Under the pieces are notes generated by a model that worked only from the letters and a program-made list of their open reading frames with translations, was not told where the DNA came from and searched no databases. Below, in pieces: positions 29,301 through 35,540 of a stretch of 64,000 bases of DNA. Positions within the stretch are counted from its first letter, which is position 1, and the number at the start of each line of letters is the position of its first letter. The stretch spans positions 1-64,000 of the forward strand of contig OZ241981.1 in NCBI GenBank assembly GCA_965204345.1. Reading direction: 5' to 3'. The translations under genes were made by a program, and so were the position numbers. The DNA is from Nitrosopumilus sp. (GTDB lineage Archaea > Thermoproteota > Nitrososphaeria > Nitrososphaerales > Nitrosopumilaceae).

Positions 29301-30213
29301 AAACCCATCCGTATCCATTACGCTTGCCGATGGCACCACCACCACCATCATCACCACCACCAACACTGGCAATGACTCCGTAACGTTTACTGCAACCTTT
29401 AGCGAGGACGTTGAGGGATTTATCCTAGATGACATTACAGTAACAGGCACTGCCAACGGTGGCATTCCTGAAGCAACCAACCTTCTTGGAGAAGGCAGTG
29501 TCTACACATTTGATGTATCTCGCGGCTCATCAGACGGAACCGTAACCGTATCAATAGATGCTGATACACTAACAGACCTTGCAGGCAACCCAAATACTAC
29601 ATCCAATGAGCTTAACATAAGAATTGACACCACGCAGACAAATCCTGACAGGCCTACTGCTACGATCTCAGACAGATCCTTAACTGGAGGCGGAGGCAGA
29701 GGCGGCGGTGGAGGCAACTCTCCTGACCCACGGGTATGTGGCCTCCAGCTTTGCAGTGAGATCAATGTGGGAACAGGCTCTGCATCTGGACAAAGCATAT
29801 CTGGAAATAATACCAAGAATGGAACAGGACAAGATCTGATGGATCCAGAGCCTCAAATACTGGGTTCGGAGGAGGATAATATAGTTCCAGAACCCACTGC
29901 GGAAATAGAGATGGATCCAGAACCCACTGCGGAAATAGAGATGGATCCAGAACCAACTGCGGAAATAGAGATGGATCCAGAACCAACTGCGGAAATAGAG
30001 ATGGATCCAGAACCCACTGCGGAAATAGAGATGGATCCGGAACCCCAAACCCGTATGTATGAGGGTACTGATCCAAAGTCAATATGTGGCCCCGGAACAC
30101 AGCTGATAGGCGAAGAATGTGTGGTTGCAGATTCGCAGAAAAGTTCTGAGAATCAGAAGAGCTTCTTTGATGCAATCGCAGACTTCTTTGGCTCCATATT
30201 TGGATTTGTATAA
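14311..30213 (+). CDS. Giant (about 5,300 aa) Ig-like repeat surface protein/adhesin; natural start probably ATG 14366, out of frame via G9 tract
   Basis: About 45 tandem 101-104-aa T/D/V/A/S-rich beta repeats (FTATFNKDV..F...DITVTG...YTF.V...DG...D.AGN.N); two cadherin-like inserts; AFA-QE cleavage site; Cys motifs and amphipathic C-terminus. Confidence 0.9.
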   Translation: MTSATLVFSLLLTGYLCTYGKVSDYSFFVYHGGGLFLISSASPAFAQETATPTITTVDDPTNLEIVPFIVTYDQDVFGFELENIVVSGTANDNKPEPIDLKTIDARTYTFDVARGSSDGTITVFIPSFVSTDPDGKNLSTNSGGPITITIDTVPLTVSVATTADSLTNVDTIPFTVTFNKDVEGFIREDITVTGTANGGILAASNFETVDARTYTFNVAGISSDGTVIVSIAADVATDDAGNSNTASAPVTVTIDPIPLTVSVATTADSLTNVDTIPFTVTFNKDVEGFIREDITVAGSANGGILAASNFETVDARTYTFNVAGISSDGTVIVSIAADVATDSAGNPNTASAPVTVTIDTVPLTVSVSTTVGEDTNLATIPFTATFNKDVEDFIREDITVTGSANGGILAASDFETVDARTYTFNVAGISSDGTVTASIAADLATDSAGNSNIASAPVTVTIDTVPLTVSVSTTADSLTNVDTIPFTATFNKDVEDFDLRDITVAGTANNGNPVASNLLGTGSVYTFDVVRGSSDGTIIVSIAADVATDVAGNRNGASPSPVTVTIDTVPLTVSVSTTVGEDTNLVTIPFTATFNKAVEDFELSDITVTGTANGGTPTAANFQTVNARTYTFDVARGTTDGTVTASIAADVAADLAGNLNTASNSVTIEIDTERPRPLLLGPPGITSDTATLTVEFSEAVPGFSESEFTLDGLPPFDGLTPSNIRGSGLTYTFDITHAETTGILNVSIPANVISDAAGNGNTRSTETFIPIDLIRPTSTITTTLTSPVNTDTVPFTVTFSEDVGEFVLADITVTGTANGGTPVASNLDGTGDVYTFDVARGSTDGTVTVSIAADVTTDLLGNLNEASDPVTVTIDTLAPTVSVSSSEGDNTGLDTVPFTVTFSEDVGEFVLADITVTGTANGGAPAAANFQTVNARTYTFDVARGSTDGTVIISIDAEVAADSAGNLNEASAPDTVTIDTVPLTVSVSTTADSLTNVDTIPFTATFNKDVEDFDLRDITVAGTANNGNPVASNLLGTGSVYTFDVVRGSSDGTIIVSIAADVATDVAGNRNGASPSPVTVTIDTVPLTVSVSTTVGEDTNLATIPFTATFNKAVEDFELSDITITGTANNGTLAASDFETVDARTYTFNVAGISSDGTVTASIAADLATDDAGNSNTASAPVTVNIDIVPLTVSVSTTVGEDTNLATIPFTATFNKDVEDFDLRDITVAGTANNGNPVASNLLGTGSVYTFDVVRGSSDGTIIVSIAADVATDVAGNRNGASPSPVTVTIDTVPLTVSVSTTVGEDTNLATIPFTATFNKDVEDFIREDVTITGTANNGTLAASDFETVDARTYTFNVAGISSDGTVTASIAADLATDSAGNSNTASAPVTVTIDTVPLTVSVSTTVGEDTNLATIPFTATFNKDVEDFDLRDITVAGTANNGNPMASNLLGTGSVYTFDVVRGSSDGTIIVSIAADVATDVAGNRNGASPSPVTVTIDTVPLTVSVSTTVGEDTNLATIPFTATFNKDVEDFIREDITVTGTANGGILAASDFETVDARTYTFNVAGISSDGTVTASIAADLATDIAGNSNTASAPVTVTIDTVPLTVSVSTTIGEDTNLATIPFTATFNKDVEDFDLRDITVAGTANNGNPVASNLLGTGSVYTFDVVRGSSDGTIIVSIAADVATDVAGNRNGASPSPVTVTIDTVPLTVSVSTTVGEDTNLATIPFTATFNKDVEDFIREDITITGTANNGTLAASDFETVDARTYTFNVAGISSDGTVTASIAADLATDIAGNSNTASAPVTVTIDTVPLTVSVSTTVGEDTNLATIPFTATFNKDVEDFDLRDITVAGTANNGNPVASNLLGTGSVYTFDVVRGSSDGTIIVSIAADLATDDAGNSNIASAPVTVTIDTVPLTVSVSTTADSLTNVDTIPFTATFNKDVEDFDLRDITVAGTANNGNPVASNLLGTGSVYTFDVVRGSSDGTILVSITADVATDVAGNRNGASPSPVTVTIDTVPLTVSVSTTVGEDTNLATIPFTATFNKDVEDFIREDLTITGTANGGTLAASDFETVDARTYTFNVAGISSDGTVTASIAAGVTTDSAGNSNTASAPVTVTIDTVPLTVSVSTTVGEDTNLATLPFTATFNKDVEDFDLRDITVAGTANNGNPVASNLLGTGSVYTFDVVRGSSDGTILVSIAADVATDVAGNRNGASLSPVTVTIDTVPLTVSVSTTVGEYTNLATIPFTATFNKDVEDFIREDLTITGTANGGTLAASDFETVDARTYTFNVAGISSDGTVTASIAADLATDIAGNSNTASAPVTVTIDTVPLTVSVSTTVGEDTNLATIPFTATFNKDVEDFELSDITITGTANGGTLAASDFETVDARTYTFNVAGISSDGTVTASIAAGVTTDSAGNSNTASAPVTVTIDTVPLTVSVATTADSLTNVDTIPFTATFNKDVEDFDLRDITVAGTANNGNPMASNLLGTGSVYTFDVVRGSSDGTIIVSIAADVATDVAGNRNGASLSPVTVTIDTVPLTVSVSTTVGEDTNLATIPFTATFNKDVEDFELSDITITGTANGGTLAASDFETVDARTYTFNVAGISSDGTVTASIAAGVTTDSAGNSNTVSAPVTVTIDTVPLTVSVSTTVGEDTNLATIPFTATFNKAVEDFELSDITITGTANGGTLAASDFETVDARTYTFNVAGISSVGTVTASIAAGVTTDSAGNSNIASAPVTVTIDTVPLTVSVSTTADSLTNVDTIPFTATFNKDVEDFDLRDITVTGTANNGNPVASNLLGTGSVYTFDVVRGSSDGTIIVSIAADVATDVAGNRNGASPSPVTVTIDTVPLTVSVSTTVGEDTNLATIQFTATFNKAVEDFIREDITITGTANGGTLAASDFETVDARTYTFNVAGISSDGTVTASIAADLATDIAGNSNTASAPVTVTIDTVPLTVSVSTTVGEDTNLATIPFTATFNKAVEDFIREDITITGTANGGTLAASDFETVDARTYTFNVAGISSDGTVTASIAADLATDDAGNSNTASAPVTVTVDTFDPTVSITPLDGTITGDDPVTFTVEFSENVQNFELGDVTITGTANGSAPAADNFVTIDARTYTFDVVRGSSDGTVIVSIAADVATDDAGNRNEASAPVTVTIISNTLPPVPTVAPVITLEHPVLVSFQEFSLDGHFTDPEGDTLSYINPEDGCAGTLTQQQPPPTGSDTFRFVSSTAETCTLSFDISDGTGASTGAAYTVSISVVLDAAPVRTATPLTVDVLSSQPRKVTLDINNYYTDTQTLTLVSDPTSSDCTDFVSTILSNGQFDFEPINAFAGASTCTVQATFSDGNRHTTADLTINYLDAATVSLDTDVTDPTNSETIQFTATFGSDVTGFIADDIVVTIDGNPATPGSLITEFAGSGADYTFTVTHGIAAEGQLTVTIPANAVVEDNTASTTSTLTVDRINPSVTITPADGTTTGDDPVTFTATFSEDVQNFELGDITVTGTANGGAPAADNLQAVNAHTYTFDVTRGSSDGTVTMSIGTGALTDLAGNLNEASAPVTVTIDTIPLTVSVSTTVGDNTNLATIPFTATFNKNVDFELGDITVTGTANDGNPAASNLLGTGSVYTFDVARGSSDGTINVSIGAGALTDSAGNPNTTSNLVTVIIDTLVPTVSVISSTGSSTGLDTVPFRVTFSEDVEEFVLTDITVTGTANDGILAASDFVTADARTYTFNVAGISSDGTVIVSIAAGVAADLANNPNTASAPVTVTIDTTVPSVSLDTTVADPTNSEAIEFTATFSEDVTGFVQSDILVAIDGIPASNSLITAFDEISGTQYDFTVTHGITTDGELTVTIPDNAVEGGNTASTHTLTVDRIGPSVTITPADGTATGDDPVTFTATFNEDVQNFELGDITVTGTANDGNPAASNLLGTGSVYTFDVARGSSDGTINVSIGAGALTDSAGNPNTTSNLVTVIIDTIAPTVSVTSNAGENTNSDTVTFTATFSEDVEEIISDNITVTGTANGGTLAATNVQTVNARTYTFDVVGISTDGTIIASIGADVTTDLAGNPNEASISPVTVTVDTIPLTVSVSTTVGDNTNLATIPFTATFNKNVDFELGDITVTGTANDGNPAASNLLGTGSVYTFDVTRGSSDGTINVSIGAGAITDSAGNPNTASNLVTVIIDTLVPTVSVISSTGSSTGLDTVPFTVEFSEDVRNFELGDITVTGTANDGILTASDFVTADARTYTFNVAGISTDGTVIVSIAAGVAADLANNPNTASAPVTVTIDTTVPSVSLDTTVADPTNSEAIEFTATFDEDVTGFVQSDILVAIDGIPASNSLITAFDEISGTQYDFTVTHGIATDGELTVTIPDNAVEGGNTASAITLTVDRTNPSVFITPVDGTTTSDDPVTFTAIFTEDVREFILTDITVTGTANGGAPAANNLQAVNPHTYAFEVARGSSDGTVTVSIGAGALTDLAGNLNTASAPVTVTIDTTVPNSLPPVPAQRPVITLEHPTLAPPTFSLDDHFTDPDDDTLLYTITEEDCDARITQESNGGIFEFLPFFAHTCTISFDISDGTDASTGGAYAVNIIVEEDPSPTVRNNLNIVVQPDQSRTVILDVNELFADNKELAFSATGHSSSDCVSGIITVEDPPTMLSFDPNDDSAEQCEVRVRVNDGNRDDAIYDITIQYVSAVTVSLSTTANPITNLETIPFTATFSRDVTEFVQSDIAVAIDGTDTPNLISAFNGSGTDYTFTVTHGITAGGELTVTIPDGATAEGNTASVTAIFTVDRIDPSVSITPADGTTTGNDPVTFTATFSEDVQNFELDDITVTGTANGGSPVASNIGGTGSVYTFDVARGSTDGTIVVSIDTKVATDLAGNPNTASAPVTVTINTTVPSVSLDTTAADLTNSEAIEFTATFSEDVTGFVQSDIVVAVDGTPVTNSLITAFDEISGGTQYDFTVTHGIATGGELTVTIPDNVVEEGNTASTHTLTVDMVNPSVSITLADGTTTTIITTTNTGNDSVTFTATFSEDVEGFILDDITVTGTANGGIPEATNLLGEGSVYTFDVSRGSSDGTVTVSIDADTLTDLAGNPNTTSNELNIRIDTTQTNPDRPTATISDRSLTGGGGRGGGGGNSPDPRVCGLQLCSEINVGTGSASGQSISGNNTKNGTGQDLMDPEPQILGSEEDNIVPEPTAEIEMDPEPTAEIEMDPEPTAEIEMDPEPTAEIEMDPEPTAEIEMDPEPQTRMYEGTDPKSICGPGTQLIGEECVVADSQKSSENQKSFFDAIADFFGSIFGFV
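14404..14412 (+). repeat. Poly-G (G9) tract in signal-peptide coding region
   Basis: ATCATGGGGGGGGGTTATTTTTAA; G7 or G10 would join ATG 14366 to the main ORF. Confidence 0.85.
14755..23790 (+). repeat. Tandem 309-312-bp coding repeats with a 624-bp higher-order A/B period
   Basis: Equivalent positions recur at 17408, 18032, 18656, 19280 and 19904; near-identical DNA. Confidence 0.95.
25007..27449 (+). repeat. About 900-bp internal duplication (25007-25904 approx. equals 26552-27449, offset 1545)
   Basis: Near-identical three-domain block; identical shadow ORFs at 25648 and 27193. Confidence 0.9.
29887..30045 (+). repeat. 30-bp tandem repeat x5 plus partial copy (PEPTAEIEMD)
   Basis: CCAGAACC(C/A)ACTGCGGAAATAGAGATGGAT repeated directly. 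Confidence 0.95.
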
Positions 30214-30659
30214 CCACACGGAAAGACAAATCCAGGTCATTTTGCCCTCAAATCAGACTTGATGTCCGTATGTATCACTGATCATCAGATGGGCAGATAA
30301 AGAGATCTGCATAAACCAGACTGACTACGTAACACCGATGACATAAATCCCAAATGGTTGATGATGATTATGTTGAAACACCAATATGCAACTTGTTTGT
30401 TGCCTGTTCAACACCCTGTGGTTAAAGATGGTGAATTTCACTAGTAGTGTTTTAACTGTGGCAAACTATATTTTACTTCAAATAATATGGATGAGATGTG
30501 GAGTAGACTGCAATAATGGATTGGGCCTTGTAATTGATTTGACAGATAAGGCAATCATGACCATTGGCATCATCATCATCATCTAGACTTCAAAAAGAAT
30601 CTTGGGATTATTTGATTTGTTAGGATTGAAATTCTTTTATCAATAACACATTTTGAAAG

Positions 30660-31067
30660 ATGACGCAATCCAAATTTACAGGAGAGATCCTGAAAGTTGT
30701 TGGACTCACTTTACTCCTGACACTAGTAGATATCTGTTGGAATATAGAAAAACGTGGAAATCTCAAATTGACAAATATCCTACAAATGATAATGCCAGAA
30801 TATGTAATAGCTGATGATGATAGAACTAACAGGCCAAAGCATTAACTGATAAATTACAAAGGGATTCACTGGAATTTTAACCTCCAAGTTAGAATGCCTA
30901 TTTTACTAAATGCCTCCCAATTAAGTTTCTACAAAAATCCTGTATTTGAAGCAAAAGAAAACAATGTAGATTTGGGAAAGATTTCTAAAGCAAAAACTCT
31001 GCAATATTTTGGATTTTGGAAAAAAGATTTGAATTCCTTGTATGATCAAAAAATTGTTAATGACTAA
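30660..31067 (+). pseudogene. Degraded hypothetical gene with internal stop
   Basis: Frame stays open for about 73 codons beyond TAA 30843-30845. Confidence 0.35.
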
Positions 31068-31360
31068 GAAAAAACCCTCTTACAAACAACTGATTCTAAT
31101 ATTCAGGATTTGTTGATAAATTATACTAATCATCCTCAAGCTAGATTTGACTCAAAAACGTTCTTGCCCTGTTTCAAAGCTTTCTTAATCATATTCAAAA
31201 TAAGCAAAATATTCCTTATTATTCTAGTCCTATCTATAATTTTGAATTCGATGATGTGAATTAATCGTAGACTGTCATAATGAAAAATGTCCTTAACTGC
31301 AAACTTTAAACGTTCTATTTAATTGATTCACTCTCGTGACACACTCATAAAATATTATAT

Positions 31361-32638
31361 ATGTCTATATTGACTGTATCAACGTTGAATAAAAAATCTC
31401 TTTATGCTATTTTGATTATTATAGTTGTAGCAGCTTCTGTAGGGTATGCGATATCTTCAGTAGACAACATGGCAATGGATGACACGGCAATGCAGCAAGA
31501 TGCCATGGCACTCCCTGATATAGTCAATGTTGGCGTTTTGCTACCTGCTACAGGAGATCTATCAAGCCACGGCAAAGATAACGGCCTTGCAGCAGAACTG
31601 GCTTTGGAGGACTTTAACTCTTATTTGGAGAACAAAGATGCTACATGGCGCATGAAGCTAACTTTTGAGGACACACAGACAGATCCAATCATTGCATTAG
31701 AAAAACTGCAATCACTAAACTCTAAAGGAATAAAACTAATTTTGGGCACTGAGACTAGTGCAGAACTAAAAAACATAAAGTCATATGCTGATTCCAACAG
31801 CATGCTGCTAATATCCCCATCCTCGACATCTCCAAAACTTGCAATTACAGATAATATCTTTAGGCTAATCCCCGATGATACCCAACAGAGTCTAGTCATT
31901 GCCAAATCCTTGTCATACCATGACAAAAAAGTCGTAATCCCAGTGTATAGGGGCGATGTCTGGGGAGATGGGCTATTTGAGGCAACCAAAAATGTCTTTG
32001 AATCAAGTGGCGGCATTGTAGACCAGGGCATTAGGTATAACCCTGAGATTACTGTATTTTCAACTGAGACCTCCCTGCTCTCTGATACCTTGACAAAATA
32101 CCAAGAGGATTACACAGATGATGAGATAGCTATTCTGCTAATTGGCTTTTCAGAAGTCGTGCACTTTTTCAACTCTGCAAACTCTTATGATAATCTAAAA
32201 CAGGTCCAGTGGTACGGCTCTGATGCATCATCAAATGACCGCACGATAACATCAGATAAAATAGCATCCGAGTTTGCCTCTGATGTGTCATTTGTCTCCA
32301 CCCAGTTCTCAGCATCTAAAAATGAAAAGTACCAGCACGTACATGATTACCTGGTAACAGAACTTGGTGCAGCACCAAGCAACTATGCATATTCTTCGTA
32401 TGATAGCCTGTTTCTGATGGGTTTGGCTATTGAAAAAACTGAAACCCTTGATGCAAACATCCTATCTGACGTATTGCCCGAGGTTGGAGAGACATACAAT
32501 GGCGCACTAGGAAATATAAGACTAAACGAGTATGGAGACCTGGCAATATCCAACTATGAAATCTTTACCGTAGAGGACAACCAATGGATACTGTATGGCT
32601 TTTATGATAGTGCGACACAAGACATTACGCTATATTGA
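31361..32638 (+). CDS. livK: Branched-chain amino acid ABC transporter substrate-binding protein, N-terminally anchored
   Basis: VGVLLPATGDLS..G, DTQTDP, ISPSSTSP.L, FRLIPDD, YDS; precedes livG/livF. Confidence 0.85.
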   Translation: MSILTVSTLNKKSLYAILIIIVVAASVGYAISSVDNMAMDDTAMQQDAMALPDIVNVGVLLPATGDLSSHGKDNGLAAELALEDFNSYLENKDATWRMKLTFEDTQTDPIIALEKLQSLNSKGIKLILGTETSAELKNIKSYADSNSMLLISPSSTSPKLAITDNIFRLIPDDTQQSLVIAKSLSYHDKKVVIPVYRGDVWGDGLFEATKNVFESSGGIVDQGIRYNPEITVFSTETSLLSDTLTKYQEDYTDDEIAILLIGFSEVVHFFNSANSYDNLKQVQWYGSDASSNDRTITSDKIASEFASDVSFVSTQFSASKNEKYQHVHDYLVTELGAAPSNYAYSSYDSLFLMGLAIEKTETLDANILSDVLPEVGETYNGALGNIRLNEYGDLAISNYEIFTVEDNQWILYGFYDSATQDITLY

Positions 32639-33381
32639 ATTTACAAGTTAATAATCTAGAAAAAAAGTTTGGCGGTAACAGGGTTCTTCAGAAAACAACA
32701 CTGACTCTCAAACCCAACAAAATTAATCTGTTAATGGGCAACAACGGCTCAGGCAAAACCACCCTGATTAACTGCGTATCTGGTACTATTGGTACTGATG
32801 GCGGAAATGTATTTTTTGGAGATGATAACATTACCAAAATTCCAACACATCAAATCTTTACAAAGGGCATCATGCGTACATTTCAAACCCCGAGGCTGTT
32901 TGCAAATCTGTCCGTGTTTGAAAATATGATGCTTGCACGATATAACCCAGGCGAGTCATTTAGCAAGGCACTCTTTTATGGCAAGTGGGACGATGCAGAG
33001 TCTGAAAACTCTAAAAAGGCTATGCAGATACTAGAACAGCTGGATCTGATTGCCCTGAAGAACAATCTGGCATATGATCTGTCCGGTGGACAAATAAAAC
33101 TATTGGAACTTGGCAAGGCCCTGATGAGCGATGCCAAGCTGGTAATTTTAGATGAGCCCATTGCCGGCATCAATCCCAAGCTAGCCCACAAAATATTTCA
33201 TATCATAAAAAAAATCTGCAAAGAGAAGAACACGACCTTCCTAATCATCGAACACAGATTAGATATTGCATTGCTATACTCTGATTACGCATTTGTCATT
33301 GATCATGGCAAAATTATTGCACATGACAGCCCTGAATCAGTACTGGAACACCAACTTGTAAAGGACTCTTATCTGAAATGA
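32635..33381 (+). CDS. livG: BCAA ABC transporter ATP-binding subunit
   Basis: GNNGSGKTT, RTFQ, LSGGQ, LDEPIAG, IEH. Confidence 0.9.
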   Translation: MNLQVNNLEKKFGGNRVLQKTTLTLKPNKINLLMGNNGSGKTTLINCVSGTIGTDGGNVFFGDDNITKIPTHQIFTKGIMRTFQTPRLFANLSVFENMMLARYNPGESFSKALFYGKWDDAESENSKKAMQILEQLDLIALKNNLAYDLSGGQIKLLELGKALMSDAKLVILDEPIAGINPKLAHKIFHIIKKICKEKNTTFLIIEHRLDIALLYSDYAFVIDHGKIIAHDSPESVLEHQLVKDSYLK

Positions 33382-34058
33382 GCGTAATTAGTATTGAGCA
33401 GTTACATGCCGGTTACGGCAAGAACAAAATTCTGCACGGCGTAAACTTTGCAGCTGCAAACAAAATAACTGGCATCATTGGGGCAAACGGCTCTGGCAAA
33501 TCCACCCTGCTAAAATCCATCTTTGGCATTGCAGATATCTTTGATGGTACCATAAAGTACAATGATAGTGCAATTACGGGCATGCCATCCCATACAATGA
33601 TGTCAAACCACATCTCTTACATGTCACAAACAAACAACGTGTTTTCTGAGCTGAGCATTAAAGAGAACCTGTCCATTGCAAAGGCTGATCATGCCAGCAC
33701 GTTTGATTTATTTCCGGTACTGGAAAATTACCTTGACAAAAAAGCAAACCAGCTATCAGGCGGCCAGCGCCAGATGCTGGCATTGGCCATGATACTTGGA
33801 ACCCTCCCAAAGGTAATCCTGCTTGATGAGCCGACTGCCAATCTGTCCCCAAAAAATGCAAAGCTGATTTTGGAAAAAATCAAAGAGATACAAGCAAAGC
33901 TGAAATGTTGCGTTATTCTAGTTGAGCAAAACATTACGCAGACTTTGGAGATTTGTGATACTGTTTACCTGTTTTCAAGTGGCCAGGTAAAGTATAGCGG
34001 TACGCCAAAAGAGATGATGCAAGATATTTCATTGGTGAAAAATTACCTGGGCGTATAG
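33378..34058 (+). CDS. livF: BCAA ABC transporter ATP-binding subunit
   Basis: HAGYG, GANGSGKST, LSGGQRQMLA, LLDEPT, VEQN. Confidence 0.9.
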   Translation: MSVISIEQLHAGYGKNKILHGVNFAAANKITGIIGANGSGKSTLLKSIFGIADIFDGTIKYNDSAITGMPSHTMMSNHISYMSQTNNVFSELSIKENLSIAKADHASTFDLFPVLENYLDKKANQLSGGQRQMLALAMILGTLPKVILLDEPTANLSPKNAKLILEKIKEIQAKLKCCVILVEQNITQTLEICDTVYLFSSGQVKYSGTPKEMMQDISLVKNYLGV

Positions 34059-34637
34059 TCTTGTTCTGGCTTGTACCCATTAGATAATGGGAAACCATGT
34101 GGTGGCCGCTTTCTTATACAAACTCTAGATTGTGTGCGGGTCAGACAAAAAAATCTAAACGATTACAAATCAGTCGACCCTGAGACAAGATGCGAAAAAT
34201 GCATGGTCCAAAAAGCATGACGGACTGACAAGCAAACAATTACTGCATCAGAAAAAACCCGGCAGCTTAATTGCCTAAAAGTGCAATCAAACATATCTTG
34301 AATCATGAGATGTAGAGCCCAAAGAGGACATCTCCTCCTGTGCCGATTTTGAGAAATTATGGACATGATGATGGCGATTCCCAGGAAATGTCAGGGATTC
34401 AATTTGTGAGATTGTAAAATACAGTCTTGATGACTGCAGGCATGCAGCAGCAGCAATACATCCTTTAATTCCCGCCAGAATCCCTTTTGAGATTTCCCAG
34501 TACCTGCAAAGCAACCGTGAAAATTAAACGTAACAAATTATGTTATTTGCGAGTCTATGGAAATACAGACACGCCTTGCACCCTCGTCTTTTAGCATGAT
34601 GAAATCCTTTATACCTCTCTAAATTTTTTATTATTAT

Positions 34638-35540
34638 GTGATAATATTTTTTGATGGAATAATTTACGCATGTGTCCTGGCCGTACTGTGTGTCGGCTTG
34701 ACGCTAACTTACAAAATTACAAAAATACCAAACTTTGCACATGTCTCCTTTGCAATTTTAGGCATGTACGTTGCACTAGTTGCAATACAGATCTTTGATG
34801 CCAATCCCTATGTTGCACTGCCATTTGCGTTTGTAGCATCAGGAGGCGTGGCCTTTGTGCTATACTATGGCATCATCAGAGTCTTACAAAACAAAAAGTC
34901 AAGCTATCTGTCGCTAATCATTGCCACACTGTCATTTGATATGATAATGATAGGCGTGCTAAACATCATAGCTGATTATATTTCAAACGAGCACCAGATA
35001 ATTGCACGTGACTTTACACTGAGGTCCTTTGATGTTATAATATATGGCGTTCCGATGATTCTGATAGTATCTGTAGCAACCATACTGTCTCTGGTGTTTG
35101 GCCTGTACTATCTGCTATATCGCACTAGTTTTGGCATAAAGATGCGTGCCTCAATTGAGAATAGGCAGCTGGCCCAAATCTTTGGAATCAATACAAATAG
35201 AATATTCTGTTTTTCCTGGTTTCTTAGTGGCGGCCTAGGCGGGATTGCCGGCGTACTGATGGCATTGTGGTTTCAGGGGGACCCATACCTTGCAGCAATC
35301 ATGCTGCCATCCGTGTTTGCCGGAAGTATCGTTGGCGGCTTTACCAGCATATATGGCGCCATACTGGGAGGCTTGATTATAGGAATATCTGAAATTGTCG
35401 GAACAAATATCCTGGCCGGAATCTTTGGCTACTGGATTACCCCCTACAGGCCGTTAATTCCGTTCCTGTTCATTATAGCTACGCTGCTACTCTCCCCCAA
35501 GGGAATATCTGAAATTATTGCAAGGGTTAAAGAAAAATGA
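34638..35540 (+). CDS. livH: BCAA ABC transporter permease
   Basis: GLTL.Y....PNFAH, FG..MRA..EN..LA...GIN, VGG..S..GA..GG. Confidence 0.9.
   Translation: MIIFFDGIIYACVLAVLCVGLTLTYKITKIPNFAHVSFAILGMYVALVAIQIFDANPYVALPFAFVASGGVAFVLYYGIIRVLQNKKSSYLSLIIATLSFDMIMIGVLNIIADYISNEHQIIARDFTLRSFDVIIYGVPMILIVSVATILSLVFGLYYLLYRTSFGIKMRASIENRQLAQIFGINTNRIFCFSWFLSGGLGGIAGVLMALWFQGDPYLAAIMLPSVFAGSIVGGFTSIYGAILGGLIIGISEIVGTNILAGIFGYWITPYRPLIPFLFIIATLLLSPKGISEIIARVKEK

Noticed and set aside
29887-30045. CRISPR array
   Set aside because: In-frame coding tandem repeat without spacers.
14311-30213. Diversity-generating retroelement or invertase shufflon acting on the adhesin
   Set aside because: No reverse transcriptase, recombinase or flanking inverted repeats seen, and repeat differences do not look adenine-specific.
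14448-30229. Many long minus-strand ORFs over the giant gene
   Set aside because: Antisense shadows of the repetitive, codon-biased + strand ORF; they mirror its periodicity.
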